41,521 nucleotides of DNA from an archaeon (GTDB lineage Archaea > B1Sed10-29 > JAJRYS01), in assembly GCA_024275665.1 (NCBI GenBank), contig JAJRYS010000019.1:1-41521 (forward strand), read 5' to 3'. Of the stretch, positions 1 through 6,426 are shown one piece after another (position 1 is the stretch's first letter; each line of letters starts with the position of its first letter). The notes under the pieces were generated by a model. It was not told the origin of the DNA. It saw only the letters and a list, made by a program, of their open reading frames with translations, and did no database searches. A program made the translations under genes and the position numbers.

Positions 1-78
1 CCAATAATCCTTAAACTCTTTCAAAACCTTGTCAACATCCTTCCTACACTTGAACAAATCTTCAATGCTCTTACTCAT
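1..78 (-). CDS. 5' end of a hypothetical protein gene that runs off the window (MSKSIEDLFKCRKDVDKVLKEFKDYW...)
   Basis: ATG at 78-76 on the minus strand. The frame stays open to the window edge. No recognisable domain in the 26 aa visible. Confidence 0.3.
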   Translation of the reverse strand, partial: MSKSIEDLFKCRKDVDKVLKEFKDYW

Positions 79-130
79 GCTTTAAAATTAGAATATTTTA
101 AGAATAAAAAACAGAAGGTAAGAAATAGGC

Positions 131-370
131 TTACTTTCCCACTATTAAAATATCTCCTACTGACTTTACTCTCTTGAACATTATGCTCTTCTTCTGAAGA
201 GTCTTGACAAGCTCTTCTCTGGAAGTAGTAATCTTTTTCAAAGGCTCTGTAGTAATTCTTACAACGTCACCTGTCTCAACATTTAATATCACGTCATAAA
301 CTTTTCCAAGATATCTTCCGTTATCATCGTAAATGTTTAACCCATACATTTTCGACAGCAAGAAAGACAT
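131..370 (-). CDS. PRC-barrel domain protein (small)
   Basis: The pattern YGLNIYDDNGRYLGKVYDVILNVETGDVVRI is typical of PRC-barrel proteins. ATG at 370 is preceded by GAAGGTGG (Shine-Dalgarno, SD). The ORF-track start at 379 is a GTG lying inside that SD. Confidence 0.6.
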   Translation of the reverse strand: MSFLLSKMYGLNIYDDNGRYLGKVYDVILNVETGDVVRITTEPLKKITTSREELVKTLQKKSIMFKRVKSVGDILIVGK

Positions 371-412
371 TAATACCACCTTCTCACTCGTTGTTATTTT
401 GTAAAGAAGTTT

Positions 413-420
413 AAGTTTTT
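413..420 (+). promoter_or_regulatory. TATA-like box (TTTTTAAA) for the 447 gene, leaderless geometry
   Basis: TTTTTAAA followed by CC, 34 nt before ATG 447. The same box and spacing recur at several other genes in the window. Confidence 0.4.
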
Positions 421-446
421 AAACCTTGTTGTTGAAAGTAAGGAAC

Positions 447-1322
447 ATGCTTGAACAAATAGTAGAATGGCTTGAGCTTAAGGAAGGAGCACGAATCCTG
501 ACCGCTGGCAAGCAAGCTCTTTTAACAGCTGCTTTCATAGCAAGCACTGCCAAGAACAATGGAATAATAATAAAAGTCCACGCAGTAACTGGCTATGAGA
601 CAGAAGAACAAGCACTGAAAGAAGCAGCAAAACAAAAAGTGCTAAGACAAGTGAAAGAAGGGTTAGTAGCCATTTCATACGAGACAGGGAAACTTGAAAA
701 TGTTAAACCCCTGAAAAAATATGACTACGCAGTTGTAATAAGTGAAAAACCGGAAAACCTGAAAACATTGAATAACCTTGCTGAAAAAGCCTTACTCGTT
801 TTCCCCCATGACAAAGGAGGAATGATAGAAACAACTGAAGGTTTGTTCAAAAAGAAAAAGACTACTTCCTTGAAAAAATTATTGGAAAAAAGTTTTAAAA
901 TAATAGACTACGACCTTGTTGGCAAGCATTTATTTTTCAAAACAAAGCCTAAAAAATTCAAAGAAGTGAACTATCGTTTCCTATCATGCAACGAAGCAGC
1001 AGAGTTCGTGGTCAAGGAAATTCAAGAAGTAATCCGATTTGCAGCAGGAGGCTCTAAATTCGCATTAATCTCTGACAATAAGGAATTCATTTACTACGTG
1101 AACGTGGAAGACGTAATGAACCAGCCGTTCGAATACTCTTTCATATTCCCTAATGGCAAGTGCAACAAAACAGTAGGCAAAAAAAGAATAAGGTCAAAAA
1201 AGTTTACAATAATAGTGCTTCCCAATGTTAAAAGCATAATAAAAGAACTCAGTGAAAAAGAAGTAGTGATAACTACAAAGGAAAGAGTTTTGCAACTGTT
1301 CGGGGAACAATACGTATATTAA
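447..1322 (+). CDS. hypothetical protein
   Basis: Long ORF with normal composition. The N-terminal third looks loosely Rossmann-like (ARILTAGKQALL..., YDYAVVIS), but no catalytic motif is recognisable. I prefer ATG 447 to the TTG at 426 because the TATA box sits at 413-420. Confidence 0.55.
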   Translation: MLEQIVEWLELKEGARILTAGKQALLTAAFIASTAKNNGIIIKVHAVTGYETEEQALKEAAKQKVLRQVKEGLVAISYETGKLENVKPLKKYDYAVVISEKPENLKTLNNLAEKALLVFPHDKGGMIETTEGLFKKKKTTSLKKLLEKSFKIIDYDLVGKHLFFKTKPKKFKEVNYRFLSCNEAAEFVVKEIQEVIRFAAGGSKFALISDNKEFIYYVNVEDVMNQPFEYSFIFPNGKCNKTVGKKRIRSKKFTIIVLPNVKSIIKELSEKEVVITTKERVLQLFGEQYVY

Positions 1323-1369
1323 AAAGAAAGGAGTAAAAAAAGCGTTTTTAAAGAAGGAGGAGTGAACAA

Positions 1370-1888
1370 ATGGGATTTTTCAAGAAGAAGAAAAAACCAC
1401 GGAAAGAACCAGTGGATCCCTTTGAGGATATGGCAAAAATGATTAATGAAATGATGAAAAGCTTAATGGATACTAATTTTCTTGATGAGGATTTATTTGA
1501 AAAAATCCAGCCAGGAAAACCAATGGTTTACGGTTTTTCATTAAAAGTAGGACCAGAAGGAAAAATCAAAATAGACAAATTTGGAAACGTTGAACCAACA
1601 AAACAAGAACTCAGAGTTAAAGAAGAAAGAGAACCATTAGTAGACGTGATGAATAAGGAAAAAGAAATAACAGTAATAGCAGAACTGCCAGGAGTAAGCA
1701 AGAAAGACATCAACCTATCACTTGCTGACAAAGGCAAGACTTTAATAATAGACGTTCCTAACAAGTTCTACAAAGAAGTAAGTCTTCCTGAAAAAGCCAA
1801 GATGGGAAAAGCCCATTACAAGAACGGAGTACTAGAAGTAACACTTCCAAAGACAGGAAAACGCGGGAAGAAAATTAAAGTAGAGTGA
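1370..1888 (+). CDS. hsp20: small heat-shock protein, Hsp20/alpha-crystallin family
   Basis: Alpha-crystallin core: VDVMNKEKEITVIAELPGVSKKDINLSL...KEVSLPEKAK...AHYKNGVLEVTLPK. SD GGAGGAG lies upstream. Confidence 0.85.
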   Translation: MGFFKKKKKPRKEPVDPFEDMAKMINEMMKSLMDTNFLDEDLFEKIQPGKPMVYGFSLKVGPEGKIKIDKFGNVEPTKQELRVKEEREPLVDVMNKEKEITVIAELPGVSKKDINLSLADKGKTLIIDVPNKFYKEVSLPEKAKMGKAHYKNGVLEVTLPKTGKRGKKIKVE

Positions 1889-1895
1889 TTGAAGG

Positions 1896-2279
1896 ATGCC
1901 TGAATGCGAGATATGCGGCAGGAAAGAAGACAAACTTGTGCCAGTCTCGATAGAAGGAGCAGTGCTGCTTGCGTGCAGTTCATGCGCACGTGGCAAAACT
2001 CCTGTCAAAACTTACTTCACTGAAATGAAAAAACCAGCCATTGTAAAAAAGAAAAGAGAAGAACCAGAATACGAGCTCGCGGATGACTACGCTGAAAAAA
2101 TCAAAAAAACAAGACAAGCAAAAGGATTGTCAGTGGAAGAATTTGCTAAGAAAATAAGCGAATCAGTATCAGTAGTGAGGAAGATGGAAGCAGGCAAGAT
2201 GATTCCAACCATGAAAACAGCTCAAAAAATAAGACACTTGTTTGGATTAAAGTTATACGAGAGAATAGAAGAGGAGTGA
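1896..2279 (+). CDS. mbf1: archaeal MBF1-type transcription factor (N-terminal zinc ribbon plus C-terminal HTH)
   Basis: CEICG...CSSC zinc ribbon, then a Cro/C1-type HTH (IKKTRQAKGLSVEEFAKKISESVSVVRKMEAGKMIPTMKTAQKI). Confidence 0.8.
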   Translation: MPECEICGRKEDKLVPVSIEGAVLLACSSCARGKTPVKTYFTEMKKPAIVKKKREEPEYELADDYAEKIKKTRQAKGLSVEEFAKKISESVSVVRKMEAGKMIPTMKTAQKIRHLFGLKLYERIEEE

Positions 2280-2286
2280 GGTTGAA

Positions 2287-3519
2287 TTGTTCTGGTTGTT
2301 AATAGTGATAATACTAGCCACTGTGCCTGCTCTCCTGTGGAAGAAATACACACGTGCAGAAGTGCACGGGCCACTTGCCCTGTGGAAGACTAAGAAAACA
2401 TTGAACTTCGTGAAAACACTATCCAAGCACGCTGTATTCACCAGCATAGCAGACCTCGGCATCATCCTATTCGCAGGAATAGTTGGTACTTACTTTTTGA
2501 TGAAGAAAAAACAAGACAAAAGAAAAGTATTTGCCCAGACGATAATCTTCTTGCTGGTAGTGCTATTCCTACACGTGGGAATGTTCGCAGGAAGCTTGTT
2601 CAACCACCCTGAACTAATACTAATAACAATCCTCGGAGGTTACTCAGTCTTCGCTTTCTACAACCTGCTTCTCGGAGCATGGATTACCATGTCGCAGTAC
2701 TTTGCAGGAGCAAACCCAAAGCCCTTAATCCAGCCAATAATCCCAGGAGTAAGCATTCCAGGAGCCCCAATGCAAGTACCATTAAGCGCTGTAATAGGAT
2801 TAGTGATAGTCATAATAGTCCACGAGTGGAATCACGCAATAGCAGCGTTGCGTGAGAAGATAAGAGTAAAGTCAGTAGGAATAATCACTCTGGGGTTGTT
2901 TCCAATAGGAGCATTCGCAGAGCCTGATGAAAAGCACTTAAAAAAGACGAAAAGAATCAAGAGGATGAGAGTATTCGCAGCAGGCTCAGCTGCCAACTTC
3001 CTCACAGCAGTGTTCTTCTTCATGTTATTAATCCCTTCACAAGTCTTGTTATGGCCTGTGATAATGCAAGACTCCTACGTGGAAGTATTAAAAATAGAGC
3101 CAGGCTCTCCTGCTGAAAAAGCAGGACTAACCAACGGCACGAGGATTTACAACATTAAAGAACTCCTCGAAACAAGCAAAGACCCAGTCTTCTTGGTTAC
3201 TGACAAAGGCAATTACACTGTTCAAAGAAACGCTTCTGGAATGATTGGGATAATTTACAGCACGCAGATGAGCCCAACTACTACACGTGCTTGGGCTTCT
3301 TACTATTTCTTGCAAGTAGTGTTTTGGACTGGTTCTCTTAACGTGTTCGTAGGCATTTTCAACCTCTTGCCACTAGCCATCCTCGATGGAGCATTACTAA
3401 CAGAGGACGTGCTGGCAGAGTTCTTCGGCAAGAAGAAAGCAGTAAGAACAGTACGCGCGCTAACCTGGATAATCATAGCACTACTACTAATAGGGTTCCT
3501 GCCTTATTTCGTGAAATGA
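2287..3519 (+). CDS. site-2 protease, M50 family membrane metalloprotease with PDZ domain
   Basis: HEWNH (HExxH) in a TM segment, NLLPLAILDG (NxxPxxxxDG), an internal PDZ-like segment (IEPGSPAEKAGLTNG) and multiple TM helices. TTG start preceded by GGAGTGAGG. Confidence 0.85.
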   Translation: MFWLLIVIILATVPALLWKKYTRAEVHGPLALWKTKKTLNFVKTLSKHAVFTSIADLGIILFAGIVGTYFLMKKKQDKRKVFAQTIIFLLVVLFLHVGMFAGSLFNHPELILITILGGYSVFAFYNLLLGAWITMSQYFAGANPKPLIQPIIPGVSIPGAPMQVPLSAVIGLVIVIIVHEWNHAIAALREKIRVKSVGIITLGLFPIGAFAEPDEKHLKKTKRIKRMRVFAAGSAANFLTAVFFFMLLIPSQVLLWPVIMQDSYVEVLKIEPGSPAEKAGLTNGTRIYNIKELLETSKDPVFLVTDKGNYTVQRNASGMIGIIYSTQMSPTTTRAWASYYFLQVVFWTGSLNVFVGIFNLLPLAILDGALLTEDVLAEFFGKKKAVRTVRALTWIIIALLLIGFLPYFVK

Positions 3520-3639
3520 AGCAGCAATGACTACAGGTGTTAGTTAAAATGAATGTAGAAGAGCAAGTAGACTGGACCAATTAATAAACAAGAGCTGAAA
3601 AACTACTTCTCAACAAACAAAAGAAAATCCAAAAACAGT

Positions 3640-3690
3640 AAAAAGAAAAGAAAAAGCGAGGAGACGCTTTTCCCATTCTTTTTCTCAGAC
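3640..3690. terminator. convergent-gene terminator region (hairpin plus oligo-T on both strands)
   Basis: AAGCG-AGGAGA-CGCTT hairpin at about 3654-3669, flanked by T-runs on the plus strand and by T-runs on the minus strand (A-runs as read on plus). It lies between the 3' ends of the M50 protease and ftsZ genes. Confidence 0.35.
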
Positions 3691-3691
3691 T

Positions 3692-4825
3692 TCACTTCAA
3701 GTAACTGATTCCGAGGACTGCGTCCAGGTCTTTTGCAGAAGTCTTGTCACTGATTGCTCCGCCCATTGGTCCTTTCACGTGCGAGGAGTGCACGCCTGTC
3801 ATGATGGCAATGACTTCTATTTTTCCTTCTGCTTCTGGCACTATCCTAGCTCCCCAGATCACAGTAGCTTTAGGATCTATTGCTTCTGTGAGTCTTTCCC
3901 CTATCTCATTAGCTTCTCCAAGTGTTAGGTCTGGTCCTCCTGTGATATGGATCAAGCATCCTTTTGCTCCTGTGTAGTCAACGTCAAGCAAGCTGTTCCT
4001 CAGAGTGTCTTCTACTACTTCTTCTACTCTTTGATGTCCTTTTGCTTCTCCAACACTGATTACTGACACTCCTCCCTGGGTCATTATGCTTCTAACGTCA
4101 GCATAGTCCAAGTTGATCAATGAAGGAGTAGTAATTGTTTCAGTTATTCCCTTCACTGCTCTTGAAATCACTTCGTCTGCTACGCTGAATGCTTGTTCTA
4201 TTGGAAGATTAGGCACTAATTCTACCAACCTGTTGTTGTCAATGATTATCACAGTATCTGCTACTTTCCTAAGCTTTTGAATTCCTTCATCTGCTTTGCT
4301 TAGTCTTGCTCTTTCAAGCTTGAAAGGATAAGTAACCATTGCTATTACAATTGCTCCTTGTTCCTTGGCAATGTCAGCTATTATAGGTGCTGCTCCTGTA
4401 CCAGTTCCTCCTCCCATTCCAGCAGTGAGGAACACCATGTCAGCACCGTCAAGAGCTTGTGACAAAGTAGCTCTTGATACTTCAGCTGCTTTTGCTCCTA
4501 CTTCAGGATATCCTCCTGCTCCAAGCCCTCTTGTCACACTCTGACCAATCAACAGTTTCTTCACAGAATCATGGATAAGCGTCAAGTGTTGTTTGTCAGT
4601 ATTTACTGCTATTAATTCTGCTCCACTCACTCCTAACCTTGCCATCCTGTTAAGAGTGTTGTTACCAGCTCCTCCAGCTCCTACTACTATTATCCTCGGA
4701 CCTTCAATAAGGTCAGCTGATCTTGGTTTTTGTTCAGTTGCTATAGCATTCCTAACTATAGATTCCACAAGCGTCACCTCACTGTTTTTAACACCATTCT
4801 CATATAAATAATTAACTAAAACCAA
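3692..4825 (-). CDS. ftsZ: cell division GTPase FtsZ
   Basis: GAGGAGNN and the tubulin signature [10 protein letters not shown]. Start is uncertain: TTG at 4825, or GTG at 4768 preceded by GTGAGGTGA and an upstream TTAATTATTTATA box. Confidence 0.95.
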   Translation of the reverse strand: MVLVNYLYENGVKNSEVTLVESIVRNAIATEQKPRSADLIEGPRIIVVGAGGAGNNTLNRMARLGVSGAELIAVNTDKQHLTLIHDSVKKLLIGQSVTRGLGAGGYPEVGAKAAEVSRATLSQALDGADMVFLTAGMGGGTGTGAAPIIADIAKEQGAIVIAMVTYPFKLERARLSKADEGIQKLRKVADTVIIIDNNRLVELVPNLPIEQAFSVADEVISRAVKGITETITTPSLINLDYADVRSIMTQGGVSVISVGEAKGHQRVEEVVEDTLRNSLLDVDYTGAKGCLIHITGGPDLTLGEANEIGERLTEAIDPKATVIWGARIVPEAEGKIEVIAIMTGVHSSHVKGPMGGAISDKTSAKDLDAVLGISYLK

Positions 4826-4901
4826 TCACGGAAAAAACAACACTTGAAAAAATCAGCAACAGCAACGCATGAAAAAACAAACACTTTCAAGAGACAAAGA
4901 G

Positions 4902-4908
4902 TTATAAA
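4902..4908 (+). promoter_or_regulatory. TATA box (TTATAAA) for the SRP RNA gene
   Basis: TTATAAA lies about 23 nt upstream of the first nucleotide that can pair in SRP helix 1 (4932). Confidence 0.5.
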
Positions 4909-4930
4909 CACGAATTTTCACAATTTCATA

Positions 4931-5199
4931 CGGCAGGATAGGCTGGGAGGGTAGCAGTCTCCCGTCTCCAAACCTGCTTAGGGAGAGCCGAAAACCGGGG
5001 GAGTTGTTCTTCACAGTGCTCCAGAGCACAGTGCTTGACCATGAGTTCCTGTCCAAGGGGATTCGCTGCAAGCCGAACCTGGTCAGGGCGGGAACGCAGC
5101 AGCCATAAGGCCTGCAAGCGGATGTCTCTTGGGTAGCAGGAACGAGAAAAGCACTGCAGCTGGGAACACTGGAAAACAGCAACCCCGGCCTTCCTGCCA
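4931..5199 (+). ncRNA. signal recognition particle RNA (7S/SRP RNA), compact archaeal form
   Basis: Helix 8 signature CCUGGUCAGGGCG-GGAA-CGCAGCAGCCAUAAGG (GGAA at 5091-5094) closely parallels E. coli 4.5S GGUCAGGUCCGGAAGGAAGCAGCC. Short helix 6 with a GCAA tetraloop (5068-5071). Alu-domain hairpins GGGAG...CUCCC and UCUCC...GGAGA have complementary loops (GCAG/CUGC). The long helix 5 strands pair (CCGGGG/CCCCGG, CAGUGCUU/AAGCACUG, GUUCCUG/CAGGAAC). Terminal helix 1 is GGCAGGA 4932-4938 / UCCUGCC 5192-5198. Confidence 0.85.
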
Positions 5200-5361
5200 C
5201 AGCTGCAGCCAGCTGGCACCTAAGCGCATGCAGTTTCACAACCGCATGCACTGGTTGCCTTCGGCAAACACAATCAACCGCCACTGCCGGATCGACGTCA
5301 GAAGACTGCCTCTCCAGAGGCAGGCTGGTCGCCTAACGGAGAACAACAGCCGTATCCGGCT

Positions 5362-5408
5362 TTTGCGAACAAAGACGTTCGCAAATTTGCAAACGCATAG
5401 TTTGCAAA
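5362..5408. repeat. two tandem inverted repeats of the 9-mer TTTGCRAAC
   Basis: TTTGCGAAC 5362-5370 / GTTCGCAAA 5377-5385, then TTTGCAAAC 5386-5394 / GTTTGCAAA 5400-5408. Both are perfect 9-bp arms with 6- and 5-nt spacers. Confidence 0.7.
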
Positions 5409-5415
5409 TGGCGGC

Positions 5416-5420
5416 TTTTT
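5416..5420 (+). terminator. oligo-T tract (possible archaeal terminator after the unassigned element)
   Basis: TTTTT directly follows the hairpins and the GGCGGC segment. Confidence 0.25.
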
Positions 5421-5436
5421 CCAAAAAACAACTCAT

Positions 5437-5659
5437 GCCTCGGTAGCTCAATCCGCGAAGAAGGAGCCTTCTTCGGGCTTCCTCCCTCACGGGAGCAATG
5501 GCAGAGCGCCTGCCTCGTACGACTGCCACAGCCAGTCGACATCTGAAGACCACGTTCAGCTGAAGCTGAAGTGGCCTGGTTTCCGCTTACAGCGGAAAAC
5601 AAGTAACAGGAGCAGTTTGAGAGAGCAGGAGGTTGAGGGTTCGACTCCCTCCCGGGGCT
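5437..5659 (+). tRNA. tRNA-Thr (anticodon CGU) with two introns: 47 nt in the D-loop (5452-5498) and 104 nt at 37/38 (5520-5623)
   Basis: Acceptor GCCUCGG 5437-5443 / CCGGGGC 5652-5658 with discriminator U. U8, D-stem GCUC/GAGC and D-loop AAUGGCA appear after intron removal. Anticodon stem CCUGC 5509-5513 / GCAGG 5625-5629, loop CU-CGU-A(A). Variable loop AGGUU. T-arm GAGGG-UUCGACU-CCCUC 5635-5651. An A15-U48 Levitt pair is possible. Both introns have readable BHB motifs. Mature length is 72 nt and CCA is not encoded. Confidence 0.9.
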
Positions 5660-5700
5660 CTTGAAATACTTTTAAAAAAAGAAAAGGAGAAAAAAGATGC

Positions 5701-6327
5701 ATGTTGCTCTCAAACATTCTTTTCATAGCAGCTCTTGTTTGGATGAGTCTCTTCACTGTAAAACTATCAAAAAGCATGAACACCATTCAAAGAAAATTCT
5801 TCACTCTTTCTTCTTTATTCCTAACTGGATGGGTGTTGTTTGATTTCCTCACTGCAAATGCTTGGAGTATTCAAACAGCAAGTCTTTTTTATTCATTATC
5901 AATGCTGTGCATATCAATCATGGTGGGATTCTTCTACTTAACGTCAATGAGTTTCACAAAAACTCTCACTGGAAAAGACTACTTAATTGCATTGATTCCT
6001 TTCATTATTAACACACCAAGAACAATGTATCAGGTAATAAACAAAACAACAAGCACATACCAAATAAGTTACACTGTGATTGACTACATATGGATTATTT
6101 CATGTGCACTTATAGCATTGATAGGGGTTTACAAACTTTTCAGACTTTCTGAAAAAGTGCATAAAAGGGAATTGAAGAAAAAACTCACGATGCTTTCAGC
6201 AACTCTTTTCCTAATAATCGTCTTAAGCCCGTTGAGCACTGTTTTAATGAATTCTTTGGGAGTAATTGACATTACTTCTGTTATTGCTTCTTTCTTGTTT
6301 TCTTTGAATTACAGGTTGTTCAAGTAG
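5701..6327 (+). CDS. hypothetical polytopic membrane protein
   Basis: About six hydrophobic segments and no recognisable motif. TTTTAAAA box at 5670-5677, 31 nt before the ATG. Confidence 0.6.
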   Translation: MLLSNILFIAALVWMSLFTVKLSKSMNTIQRKFFTLSSLFLTGWVLFDFLTANAWSIQTASLFYSLSMLCISIMVGFFYLTSMSFTKTLTGKDYLIALIPFIINTPRTMYQVINKTTSTYQISYTVIDYIWIISCALIALIGVYKLFRLSEKVHKRELKKKLTMLSATLFLIIVLSPLSTVLMNSLGVIDITSVIASFLFSLNYRLFK

Positions 6328-6426
6328 TAAAAGCAAGAAGTGAATAACACGCATAATATTTAAAATCAGGAAAAGAGTTAAAACTAAGACTGCAGTGAAC
6401 AAGTAAATTCAAAGAGGTTTTTTGAA

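Larger units (their letters stand above)
5200..5420 (+). ncRNA. unassigned G+C-rich, hairpin-dense element (candidate structured RNA; strand and ends uncertain)
   Basis: Composition matches the flanking RNA genes, not the coding DNA. There is no credible ORF. It has many local hairpins plus nested long-range pairings (5278-5283/5409-5414 and 5286-5292/5354-5360) and ends in T5 at 5416-5420. See findings. Confidence 0.3.

Noticed and set aside
5344-5390. Group II intron domain V-like string AGCCGUAU
   Set aside because: There is no matching 3' strand (AUACGGYU) downstream to form the domain V hairpin. The CCGU instead pairs upstream with ACGG.
5200-5420. RNase P RNA hypothesis for the unassigned element (a P4-like pairing GCCGGAU/AUCCGGC, with ACAACAG...CCGGCUU faintly resembling CR-V)
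   Set aside because: The universally conserved CR-I sequence (GGAAAGUCC, with its A-rich J3/4) is absent. The segment between the two strands is only about 60 nt, and no other conserved RNase P region is recognisable.
5520-5623. C/D box guide RNA inside the long tRNA intron (by analogy with the haloarchaeal tRNA-Trp intron)
   Set aside because: Three CUGA (D-like) boxes are present, but there is no RUGAUGA C box and no terminal kink-turn arrangement.
4853-5786. Six overlapping ORFs of 76-143 aa on both strands (4853-5284, 4926-5219, 5129-5446, 5236-5553, 5333-5602, 5556-5786)
   Set aside because: They lie on the SRP RNA, the unassigned structured element and the tRNA. They overlap each other in several frames. 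Their Cys/Arg/Ala/Pro-rich composition is what G+C-rich RNA genes give on translation, and none has an SD or a promoter at its start.
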